Shown: positions 25,678-36,410 of the stretch, one piece after another
Layout of the letters: the number at the start of each line of letters is the position of its first letter
Position numbering within the stretch: the first letter of the stretch is position 1
DNA from: Marsupella aquatica
Lineage: Eukaryota > Plantae > Marchantiophyta
Reading direction: 5' to 3'
Assembly: GCA_973895155.1 (NCBI GenBank)
Contig: OZ316894.1
Location: 2,868,457 to 2,932,456 of the forward strand
Length of the DNA stretch: 64,000 bases
Notes under the pieces: generated by a model
What the model saw: the letters and a program-made list of their open reading frames with translations, nothing else
Database searches by the model: none
Told to the model about the DNA's origin: nothing
Made by a program: the position numbers and the translations under genes

Positions 25678-28600
25678 ATGGATGGGGATTTCAATGACCA
25701 AGATCCAGAGTGGATGACCGATACGCAGAACGACGTCGGAGATTCCGACAATAGAGGAGATGAAGAGAGTGACGGAGAGGAGATGAAGGATGCTGAGGAC
25801 GCTGATGAAGAGGACGAGGAGATGGAGGGTTCCGAGGATGCTGAGGACTCTGATGAAGAAGCCACACAGGAGCCTCGACGTGAGGTGGACCAAGAGGAGG
25901 CGGCCCGGAAGGAGGAGGCCAGAGAGGAGGCGGCCCGGCAGGAGGAGGCCCGGCAGGAGGAGGCCCGGCAGGAGGAGGCCCTGCACGAGGCGGCCCGGCA
26001 GGAGGAGGCCAGGCTGGAGGAGGCAAGGCTGGAGGAGGCCCGGCAGGAGGCGGCCCGGCAAGAGGAGCTTCAAAAGAAGGAAGCGGCCCGGCAGGAGGCG
26101 GCCCGGCAAGAGGAGCTTCAAAAGAAGGAGGTGGCCCGGCAGGAGGAGGCGGCCCGACAAGAGGCGGCCCGCAAGAGCAGCTACAAAAGAACGAGGTTAA
26201 GAAGAAAAAGGCAGCAGCTAGAAAAGCAACTGCTGCGAAGAAGAAGGAGAAAGCCGAGGCTGAGAAAGCGGAGGCCGAGAAAGCCCAGGCGGAGAAAGCG
26301 GATGCCGAGAAAGCCCAGGCTGAGAAAGCGGAGGCTGAGAAAGCCCAGGCTGATAAAGCCCAGGCTGAGAAAGCGGAGGCCGAGAAAGCCCAGGCTGAGA
26401 AAGCGGAGGCCGAGAAAGCCCAGGTTGAGAAAGCGGAGGCTGAGAAAGCGGAGGCTGAGAAAGCCCAGGCTCAGAAAGCCCAGGCTGAGAAAGCGGAGGC
26501 CGAGAAAGCCCAGGCTCAGAAAGCGGAGGCCGAGAAAGCCCAGGCTGAGAAAGCGGAGGCCGAGAAAGCCCAGGCCGAGAAAGCCCAAGCTGAGAAAGCC
26601 CATGCGGAGAAAGCCCAGGCGGAGAAAGCCCAGGTTGAGAAAGCGGAGGCTGCGAGAGTCCTTTTAGTGACAAAGGAAAATAGGGCCAAGGCGGAGAGTG
26701 AGGCGGCTGAGAGGCTTCTAGCCGAGAGGATGGCGGACGAGACCGCAAGACCTGAGAGGGTGGAGGCGGAGAAGTTGGAGGCAGAAAAGGTGGATTCCGC
26801 AAGACTGGAGAGAGAAGAAGCCGCAAGACTGGAGGCAGCAAGGAAGGAGGCCGAGAGGGCCAAGGATCTTTCGCTTATTCCTTAGGCACAACGTCTACCA
26901 AAAATAAGGCTGAATTTGAAGAAGCCTTCTTCACCCTCAGTTGCAGTTAAGAAGAAAATATTAGACTATTTTCTTCGCCCGGAGTTTGAATTTAACAATC
27001 CACCCTTAAGTACGGTCTCGTTGGATGATTGGAATAAATATTCACCAGCGCAACTCCGAGTCCAGGCAGTCCTTGCTTTGCAATATTGGAAGGGTCTTTT
27101 GATTACCGAGGAGAAGACTGCCACTGCATCCAGAATGGAGACAATCATCAATAATGTGCGCTTTTCCGAGAATCGAGTGCAAGACCTGGGAACGTTTTTG
27201 GCACCAGACTCGGCTCAAGTCATTAAGAGACTAACAGCTGACTTGACGCGACCGGGTTCGTGGTCTCGATCCCGATATATTGCAGAGGTGACTCGCGCAG
27301 AAATTGTGGCACCGGATATTTTGGAATCGGATTCCCAGATTGTGGAATATTTGAATCAAATGCCACAACCATTTGAAGGTCTTCCCGCCTCATCGCTCCA
27401 ACCTTCACAAACTGGTCCGGTGGAGCGATCACTGCGGTCTCGAGGAGGGCTGAAGGATGTTGTTGCGATTGAGGCACCCAAGAGATCAGCTGCGAAAAGG
27501 CCGGATCCACCCAATCCAAAGGTCATTCGCAAGCTATAAGCTTAAAGTTTCTATTATAGACGTCATTATTTTATTATTGATCCGTTATTGTTTCTGTTTT
27601 CTGAGGCTACAACCCTTAGGCTACAACCTCAGTACGTTATTTGAAGGCGTTCTGAAATCTCTGTTTTTTGCAGTTTTTTGAAAATTTGGCTAGTCGAATA
27701 GATCAATGCCTTGATCCTTCTAAGGATATGGAAGAGCTATTGACCAAGTTCTTACAACACTCGATCAAGAGGAAACATATGATGTGTCTGAGACCGCGCG
27801 AGTTGCTCACCGATGATATAATTAACGCTTATTTGAGTTTTCTCGAACTGATTCTCGATAGAGTTGGAAAGTCAGACCTTGTCAAATTCTTCCAAACACA
27901 CCATTTTGAGCTTCTCTCCATGGATCCTACCATTTTCGACGAGGAGAGAGCAGCTTGGACAAAGGAGTTTCCGCTAAAAATCAGTGAATATGAGAAACTG
28001 GTCTTTCCAGTACACAATGCTGTGAAAGAACATTGGTCATTGGTAGTCTTGTATCCGAAGGAGAAACGGCTGGAGTACCTAGATTCTCTAGTTCATAATC
28101 GACAAAATCCTGGGGTGCTAGATATTGTTGGGAAGTACTACGCCGACGAAATTGGCTGGAGAACTGGTGTCAACTTGGATCTCTCAGGTTGGGAACGGAT
28201 ATATCGGAATGATATTCCTCACCAGAGTGACGGCCACAGTTGTGGTGTGTTTATCTTGAGATACGCCAAGTGCTTGTGTCAAGGAAACGGAATTAATTTT
28301 GCCGCGGATCAAATTGAGAAATTCCGTAGGGAGATAGTCTTGTCGTTATTTGACATGGACTTCCGCAAGCCGACGTCCGCAAGTAACCTAGTTACCGGGA
28401 TCCGTGCTGCTATGATTGACATTTCCGGCAGAATTCCAACACTGAACGACCGTCTTGTACAGGTAATACACTTCATTTCAGTGTCTCTCTTTGTAGTCAC
28501 GCGACCGTTCGCGTTATAAACTTATTTTCATTTCTTAATGTTTTACAGAAGCCTATCCCGAAACCCCCTGATCGAGTATCAAAGGCACCAGTCCGGAAGT

Positions 28601-29454
28601 CCGGTGATTGTCCGAAGGCGGGAAACAAACAGACCGTTCTAGTACGTTCTCCAAACCCTGCGGCACAAAAATCACAGGTACAGATGGCACCTAATCCATC
28701 GGCAAAGAAGTCACCGATTCAGAAGAGACTTGTAATTTTTGATCTGAATCGGGTACTTATCTGGTCAGAGAAGATCAGCCCTGGGATGCCCATTCGGTCA
28801 AGGGGTGTGAGACAGATGCACAAGGTTATCTATCCAAGGCCTGATTTAATGGAATTTCTTGAGAAGGTGGCAGATCTATACGACATTGCGATTTGGTCGT
28901 GCATGTTCAAACGGAATATTCTATCTTGTGTAAGGCTGATACTTCAACCCGAAGTTTTGAAACGTATTAAATTTATATGGGGACAAGAATCAACTCGACT
29001 TCTTGGGAAGAATAATAATGACATCCCTTTATTTGTCAAATGTCTCTCGGACATTGCCGCCGATATTAAAGATTACAACATCGAGAATGTCATTCTTATC
29101 GATGACGCTGCATATAAGACGAGCCTTAATGACTTCTATTCATCGCTGTATCCCGATGCATATTCTGGGCTCGATGATGACCTATTTTTTAGAAAGAAAC
29201 AATATCCATATCTATGCGACATGTCAATTGACAAGTTGACATTCCGCGAGCTCCTTAGTGGATATGGGATTCCAACGTTCTCTCAAGAAAATCTTGAGAA
29301 AGATTATATTGATAAGACGAATCTTTGGAGGAGAAATGTGATCATTCGTAATCAGGGGAATAAAGACCATTTAGAAAAGTTTGACGAATTTATGAAATAC
29401 TTATCTACCGAAAAAGACCGTGCTATAGAAGCCCGGGATAAGTCCAATAAGTAA
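25678..29454 (+). pseudogene. Multidomain cargo gene: acidic tract, EEARQ/AEKAQ coiled-coil repeats, Ulp1/SENP (C48) protease and FCP1/NIF-like HAD phosphatase domain; 1-bp frameshift near 26170 and TAG at 26883
   Basis: Introns ~27522-27672 and 28463-28548 link the ORFs in frame. C48 triad intact: EHWSLVV, YLDSL, QSDGHSCGVF. NIF-like motifs: KRLVIFDLNRVLI, YPRPDLMEFL, IAIWS, NVILIDD. Confidence 0.8.
25890..26650 (+). repeat. 15-bp coding minisatellites (CGGCAGGAGGAGGCC, then GAGAAAGCCCAGGCT / GAGAAAGCGGAGGCC)
   Basis: Directly visible pentapeptide repeats EEARQ and EKAQA/EKAEA. Confidence 0.92.
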
Positions 29455-29579
29455 ACGTTTATTGTTTATTATCAATTATTATTTATAAATTGATTAAAAT
29501 TGAACTTTTGGGAGTGACGCGCCCGGTTACGTGGTTGTTTGCAATTGCATAATATGAGAATCGAATTGTTCATTTATAG

Positions 29580-31102
29580 GTGTCTAAGTGGAGCAGGTCG
29601 CGTCAACTTCTAGTTTTAGGACTGGAAAACTTCCTATGCTCTGTTTCAAAATATACTCCTCAGCTCAAGTCGGCACCCGGAATTCGTATCGGATCTCTAT
29701 GTGTCGTTCCGAGGCCGCATCTTCATGATCTTATAAAATTCTGTTATGATCATTTTGATGTGATGGTCTGGTCTATTCTCGACGATAAACTGGTTTATCA
29801 GATACTTTCAGAAGTGTTGTCGAGCACCGACCTGTCGCAGCTGATATATGTGTTCACGCGGGATCATTGCTGGAATCTTGGTTATGTGAAGAAAAATTAT
29901 AAGACTGTTGTCTTCAAATCTATCGAGAGACTACGTGATATGTTTCAAGATTATCGACCAGAGAATATAATCCAGATTGATGCCTGTCCTTCCCGTACAT
30001 GCCAGACAGCTGTATGCGGATTATTGTTCGCTAAGTCGTTTCAAGGATCGTTGGATGATGTCTTTTTGAGGGATGACCTCATTCCATATTTACGAAAGCT
30101 ATCAAATTCAGGGCTTTGTCTTGCGTTCGCTAACAAGTTCGATTATCCCATCTGGTTGATTAGAAATCTACATCGAGATTGGGATCTGAACGAGGATATA
30201 TGGGAGCATCTGTACGTGCAGAGACATGCGGATCAAGTTCTTATCAAGCACTTCAACAGACGTCACTTATCAATGGCCAGAGTGTAGAGGATGTTTTCTC
30301 TGTAATATGTGACGCGACCATTCGCGTGACTACATCCATACGGGCTCATGCATCTTCTTGTGTTTCTCTACAGGAGATTCATTGCAGCAGAGAAAACGGG
30401 CTCATAGTTTTAGACGTGGAGCATCTACTCTGTTACACTGCACCGCATTCCCGACTGATGGCGGTCTCAACTGGAATTCGGATTGGGAATATATACATTT
30501 TTCCAAGGCCTCATCTTCATGAATTCTTGAGATTCTATTTTGAGAATTTCGATGTAGGGATCTGGTCCTCTCTTGGGAAGAACCTTTTAGATCAGATTTT
30601 AGCATCTATTTTTACTGCGATGGAAATGGCCTCATTTAAGTATATTTGGGATCAGTCTAATTGTTACTTATGCGATGGGGTGACATCAAATAAGCGGATA
30701 TTTTTGAAGTATTTTGAGAAGGTTGGAATTTATACGAAGGCGTATCTGCAGCAAAATATAATGCTTATCGAATCCGATGCATTTCATGCTTGTTTAGATC
30801 CTGTTGTTGGATCATTATTTCCACCCAAATATTTTGGGTCGGTCGACGACAGTTTCCTGATTAACTTGCTAATTCCGTATCTTAGCAAGCTAGCAAACTC
30901 TTGTGAGCCGCTTGTCATTGCCAATGGAAGAGATTATCCAAATTGGTCAGTTAAATCTATTTTTAGAGATTATGATTATAATCATACTCTATGGGAAGAC
31001 CCTGTGATTCAGAGGCATGGAGATAGATATCTAGTAGAGCAATTTAACAGACGCCCAATTTTGGACGCTTCCAAAATAATAGTCGGCATGAGATCAGATT
31101 AA
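29580..31102 (+). CDS. Two further tandem FCP1/NIF-like domains with degenerate catalytic motifs; exons 29580-30281 and 30374-31102; may continue the upstream Ulp1 gene
   Basis: QLLVLGLENFL...VVPRPHLHDLI...VMVWS...NIIQID and GLIVLDVEHLL...IFPRPHLHEFL...VGIWSS...NIMLIES; a phase-0 GT-AG intron at 30282-30373 joins them in frame. Confidence 0.7.
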
Positions 31103-31370
31103 TTTGTCTTGTCGTTCTAGAAACCATTTGTAAACTCCTTATATATTGGTTATCATATATAAAGGATCTCAAAGATTTATTTCTCTATTATTATTATTCG
31201 CGTGAGCATGTCTCTTGGTCCCATCAAGTTGGATTGGTTAAAATATGACGTTGCAGTCATTTTCAGGGTTTCACGCGCAGCCACGCGTCATGTCGCCCCC
31301 TTTTTATTAAAATAATAATATTTAGTGATTTTCGGAATTTCCAAAGTTTGGTTTTCCTTAAATTGGGGTT

Positions 31371-32528
31371 ATATGCATCACTTCCAAAAACTACCAAGCC
31401 ATGATAGTCTGCTTGCTGCTTATAGCGCATCTCAAACGGTGTTTTGAAATTGATAGCACTAGAAGGAGAAAAATTTACCAAATAAGCTGCGGTATTGACA
31501 GCTTCTGCCCAAAATTCTTGTGGTAAACCTGATTGGCTCAACATACTCCGTGACCGCTCCAACAGTGTCCGATTAAGCCTCTCAGCGACACCATTCTGCT
31601 GCGGAGTATAAACTATGGTGAGATGGCGAGTTATCCCCTGTTCTGAACAGTACTCTTCAAATTCCATTGAAGTGTACTCCCCGCCATTGTCTGACCTCAG
31701 ATTCTTCACCCTTGTATCCAAACACTTGATCGTGTTTCCAGTCTGATTCTCCACCTGGGCCTTCCACTTCTTAAAAATGGACAAGACATCAGACTTATGC
31801 GTCATGAAATAAATCCACACAAATCTTGAGTAATCATCAATAAATGATACATAGTACAACTTTCCAGAGTGTGAGAGAGTCGGGGATGGACCCCACATGT
31901 CACTATGTATGTACTCAAGAACCGCTTTGGAACGATGAGTTCCAACACCAAAAGCACGACGATGCTGCTTTCCAAGAATGCAATGCTCACAAAACTCTAA
32001 TTTATAAGATTGCAAATCAGAAATGAGTTCATTCTTCCGTAAGATAGCCAAACCCTTCTCACTCATGTGGCCTAGCCGTGAATGCCACAGTTGAGTCATC
32101 TCCTCGTGAGACTTGGTTACATTGGCCTCTCCACATACAATATTGCCCTGTAACACATACAAATTCTTTTGTCTACTCCCCTTCAAAATCACTGTCTCTC
32201 CTGACCTGACTTGAAGTTCACCATCAATAACGCTCCATTGATGACCATTTGAATCCAACACACCGAGTGAAATCAGATTCTTACGCATACCAGGTACATA
32301 CCTGACTCCGGACAATGTGTGCACAGCGCCATCAAACATTTGAATCTTCACAGACCCAATTCCCTCAATTTGACAAGAGTGATCATTTCCCATCAGAATT
32401 GAACCGTTTGAAACAGAGTAAGAACTGAAAAACTCACGAATGTAACAAATATAAAAAGAGCAAGCACAATCAAGAATCCACACATCATCTGCTCTCCTAG
32501 ATGACGTGCACAGGGCATACCCCCGGCT
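31371..32528 (-). pseudogene. Copia pol 5' part: aspartic protease (degenerate), GAG-pre-integrase and integrase core
   Basis: WILDCACSFYIC, LWHSRLGHMS...CEHC, FIDDYSR, LRSDNGGEY, QQNGVAERLNRTL; truncated by the DNA transposon after FGSDAY. Confidence 0.93.
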
Positions 32529-33371
32529 TCATAAAACATACTCATCATTGAGTAAATCAGCTTCTCCATCAGCCCTAGCCACATTTGCCGATGAAGTTTC
32601 TGCTGCCTTTCCCTTACAATCTCGCTTGAAGTGTCCAACTTGGTTGCACTTCCAACATGTCACCTGCCTACTCTGAGGGGATTTACCCTTGGACTTAGAT
32701 CTGGATTTAGATCTAAACTGGGTTCTACGGTCCCCAGTTGGTCGCTGCATACTCCTCCCACGGTTAACATTGAGGGCAGCACCAGATGATGAAGGCTGTG
32801 ACGTGATGTGCATCTTCTGCTGAAGATCATCACTAAGCAGAGAACTTACCACGTCATTGTATGAAATGGTATCCCTATCACGATGCAACAACACTCGTGA
32901 TAGGGACTGGTAAGATGGAGGCAATGAACTAAGAAGCTGCAGAGCCTTCGTCTCATCATTCAAAGTCTCCCCAAGGTTTTCCAAGTCAACGACCATGTCG
33001 TTGAAAGCATCCACATGGTCTTGCAACTTCGTACCGGATTCCTTCATCCTGAAACTCATCAGTTTGTAGGAAGTGTAGAGCCGGTTCGACAACTCCTTGC
33101 GGTGATACTTGCTCTGCAATTCCGCAAACAAGGATATGCAATCCTTATGTGCACCCAACTGCTTGATGATGGGAGGCATGAGATAGAGTGTAACACACCA
33201 CACTCCCTGCTCCTGCATGCGGTCCCATTGTTTCTCATCAACATCGTCTTCATGAGGGCTCAGCAGTTGGCCCATCCCTGACGCATAGAGCACTCCCTTC
33301 ACCTGCTTCTCCCATAGCAAGTAGTCAGAGCGCCCATCATACTTTGTCACTTCATACTTGGGTCCCCCCAA
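32529..33371 (-). CDS. Copia gag with CCHC zinc knuckle (start uncertain, possibly further upstream)
   Basis: YDGRSDYLLW, LLSSLPPSY, CWKCNQVGHFKRDC. Confidence 0.9.
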   Translation of the reverse strand: MGGPKYEVTKYDGRSDYLLWEKQVKGVLYASGMGQLLSPHEDDVDEKQWDRMQEQGVWCVTLYLMPPIIKQLGAHKDCISLFAELQSKYHRKELSNRLYTSYKLMSFRMKESGTKLQDHVDAFNDMVVDLENLGETLNDETKALQLLSSLPPSYQSLSRVLLHRDRDTISYNDVVSSLLSDDLQQKMHITSQPSSSGAALNVNRGRSMQRPTGDRRTQFRSKSRSKSKGKSPQSRQVTCWKCNQVGHFKRDCKGKAAETSSANVARADGEADLLNDEYVL

Positions 33372-34250
33372 GCTTGAAAGTCCCCATCTTCTTCTTTGGC
33401 ACTACCGTGAGCTCCGGTAGTAGTACTGCTTCCTCCACCACACGCCGCACCAGTGATGGTATCGGTGTCACCTGCTCTTCCTCCTACTCCTCTCTCTGCC
33501 CCTGAAACCTCCACGGTGATCCTCGTGCTTCAAGTTCCATGTCTTCAAAAAACTCTTCCGAATCACTCATATGAGAAAATCACAAAAAATGTTGTTTTTC
33601 ACAACTTCTCAAAAAACTTGAAACTCAACACCGCCGCGTAGTCCACAAAGCTAGGAGTCCAATACTGAAAATCAAAATCAAAATCAAAATTTGACGGAAA
33701 AGTTATTCAAATTTCGGTCGAGGTGGGTAAAACCTTGGGAAACTCCCCCGGTTTGACCGCCTCAGGGAATAACCGAAATACCAAGTACAACCCGTTGTCG
33801 GAATTGCGATGTGATTGGTGTGCCGCATTACCAACTTCAATGCCTTGTCAACAACGAATGTTGATCAATTGCACTTGGTGCCGTCACCAAGTCCAACAAG
33901 GTAATTGATTTTGCTTAGCCTTCCTCTTTGCATCAAAGAGCCAATCCCGGACTCAAAACAATCGTCTTGCCTCAATCTCTCCGTTGAGTCAAAACACTTG
34001 ACGCTTCTCCTTCCGAGTCGATTGCCAACTTTCTTCAGAAAATCCAGAACGAAAAAAACTTAGATCTCTCTGCACCACGAGCTCCGTTCAGCGATTTTTT
34101 CACACCGTTAGAAAGCTCTTGCCCTGATCTATCCGTTGAGCCCATAAACTCCAAGTTCCATGCGACGGAACTCCAGGAAATCCACTGACACTCAACGCTG
34201 GAAAAACCGTCATGAAATCCCATCACGAACACACGTCACCTCCCAAGCAT

Positions 34251-34262
34251 GCTCTGATACCA
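34251..34262 (-). promoter_or_regulatory. Primer-binding site complementary to initiator tRNA-Met
   Basis: Minus strand TGGTATCAGAGC, 2 nt from the 5' LTR. Confidence 0.93.
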
Positions 34263-34264
34263 AT

Positions 34265-34631
34265 TGTTGAGCATAGACGACGATCGCAACGGCAAGCCCA
34301 TGAACCATCCAACGCACAATAGTCGACACAAGAGATACGTGGTTCACCTCCTTGAGGCTACGTCCACGGGAACACACAAGAGAGCTTTACTGAACTCTAA
34401 GCCCGTCGGCTATACCGAGTGTCCACAGTGTAAGCTCTCCCTATCTCTCAAGTGGCTCCATAACAATGAGCCTTGGTTCTTCCTCTCCAAGCACACATGC
34501 CTCTTATGATATAGTGTGCAACTTAGTTGTACCTAACCACATAGTTGTACCTAATCACGTAGTTGTACCAACCCACGTTGTTATACCAACCACGTCATAC
34601 CTAACCTAGACGTAAGAGTAAATACCCAACA
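34265..34631 (-). repeat. 5' LTR of the copia element
   Basis: 367 bp, TG...CA, followed by TSD CATTA. Confidence 0.97.
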
Positions 34632-36410
34632 CATTACAAAATGGACGGCAAAGATCGTAAACTCAACAAAATCAACGGCTAGGAAGGCTTGGATTTGTTT
34701 AATTTGTCATTTGAAAAATATTAACCCATTTGCGAAACGGACAGAACCCATCCATAGCTCTATTTGAGATCTTTCTTTTGAGCCATAGATTGGCCATTAT
34801 GATGGACGGACAAGATTTCCGGAGATAAGAAATGGAGACGGCTCAGATCGACTCTTCCCCTGATTTTATTAGCCAAGGGGTCCACGAACTAATTGATAAG
34901 AGCATACAAACACTTATCAAGAGTAAGTGCTTATAAAGTATGGTTTAGCCAAATGATTCCAGCACTGTGTGCTCTTAGAAAATACGCTTCAAAAGCATCT
35001 ATCCCGTGTTAAACAAAAAGGGGAGAAGAGAATGCCCTGCGCTAATTGAGGGTAAGCATTTATGGAGTGTGTGTTTAAACAAAGCCCATTGTATACGGTA
35101 ATTTGTTCGTATCTCTCAGGTCCCAGATGGTGGGCATCTGGGAATCATGACAGAATCCAAGTAAGCCTAACATTTAATGAAACATTTACTGATATGAGAG
35201 GGGAAACAAGTAACCTACTCTTCAAATTCATACTCACATTTTATCATTCAAATAAGTCACACCTCATGATATGCAATCTACAATATGTGTAAGCAATCTT
35301 TGATGTCTGAAAGCTTTTTACTCCCTTTGAAATATGACATTTTGTGCCTATCTGCAAACATTACCCAAAAAAAAACTTTAATCAAAGGAAAGCTGTTATT
35401 CTTGATTTTCTTTTCATTTGCATGTCTTCACAATAAACTTGTTTTTTCACCATTTTTGGCGTTGCCATGTGCAAAATATTTCAGACAAAGTAAGCATTCC
35501 ACCTAGCATTTAGGCCCATCATTTTTCCATGTAGGGTGAATAGTCACCATAAGTGAATGGCCCCCAAATTCTTGTCAAGTGAACTACAACCATTTTCATG
35601 TAGCATCCTAAATAAAAAGGTCTTTCATTATACTTTCCACATTTAATCTCAAAAGGGAATCTTGCCTATATGTTTTGTAAAGATGATAGGTAACATTTCC
35701 AAGGGATTGCATTGGTTTCACTTCGAAACAAATCAAACCTACTTTTTTCGTTTAAATTTTTTCGCTTAAATTTTTTCGCTGTTCACTGCGTTAGAGTTTA
35801 GTCTTTGTGTTATACGTACTAATGATGTGTACTCTACAAGGCATCATTATGTATCTGGTTAAAAGCGCCCTGTCCATGACAAAACATGGATCCCTAGATA
35901 CCATTTTTAGTATCTTTGCCCTGAATTTGTGGACCAAAGTCTCACAGTAGAGGAAAAAATGTGAAAAAGGGAAAAGTCTTGGACACTTCTCCTTTTATGG
36001 GTCCAGTGGTGGTTAAAAGTCAACAAGAGTGCCCTTGCTTCCAGCTTCATCAATCTTACATGCATTCTTTCCAATGCAACTCGCTTCATAGTGGCATGTT
36101 GGCTAATCAGAGCATAGAATGTGGATAAACAGCTCAGTTGATATTAAGGGATTTGCATGAATGCATTGAAGTTCAGTTCAAAAGGCTTTTGGTGGGGAGT
36201 TTATTTTTAGGACAAGTGCCCGCTACCGTTAGAATTGTCAAAGCATGTTTGGTTGGTTAAATGTAACCTCAAGGCATTCCAGTTCTATTGTAAGTTGGAT
36301 GTGTACTTGTTATTACTGTCTATGGAGTTCAATTGGCAGAGTATTGATTGTCATTGTACAAGACAATTGTTATCAAACAATATTGCATTGACTACTAGTA
36401 TTTATATGGG

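Larger units (their letters stand above)
8576..31370. mobile_element. 22,795-bp cargo-carrying TIR DNA transposon, Sola1-like, nested in the copia pol gene
   Basis: Left end AACCCCAATTTAAGGAA (8576-8592) and right end TTCCTTAAATTGGGGTT (31354-31370) form a perfect 17-bp inverted repeat, extending imperfectly to ~60 bp. ATAT flanks both sides (8572-8575, 31371-31374). Removing the element restores the copia peptide FGSDAY-ALTP. It encodes a DDD transposase. Superfamily assignment is inferred from the AWWT 4-bp TSD and transposase motifs. Confidence 0.92.
5898..34631 (-). mobile_element. Full-length Ty1/copia LTR retrotransposon (~5.9 kb net), interrupted by a 22.8-kb DNA transposon
   Basis: Two 367-bp TG...CA LTRs, 5-bp TSD CATTA (5893-5897, 34632-34636), tRNA-iMet PBS, PPT, and gag-PR-IN-RT-RNaseH order on the minus strand. 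Confidence 0.97.

Noticed and set aside
26170-26667. Protamine-like RKRRPRKPRL tail of the 329-aa ORF
   Set aside because: Artefact of a 1-bp deletion near 26170; the alternative frame gives AEKAQ/AEKAE repeats that continue in frame into the downstream ORFs.
25639-26863. Antisense Leu/Pro/Ser-rich ORFs (LLPGR, GPPPA, SLGFL, PPLSQ repeats)
   Set aside because: Stop-free shadows of the 15-bp minisatellite.
31263-31370. C-terminal NPNLRKTKLWKF... of the integrase ORF
   Set aside because: Read-through into the right TIR of the inserted transposon; the true continuation is at 8575 and below.
8576-31370. Classification as CACTA, Mutator, hAT, Tc1/mariner, Helitron or endogenous virus/Polinton
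   Set aside because: No CACTA terminus or 3-bp TSD, no 8-11-bp TSD, and no Rep/helicase, polB or capsid motifs seen. A TA-TSD reading of the junction (element starting TAACCCC) is formally possible, but the transposase does not resemble DD34D/E enzymes.
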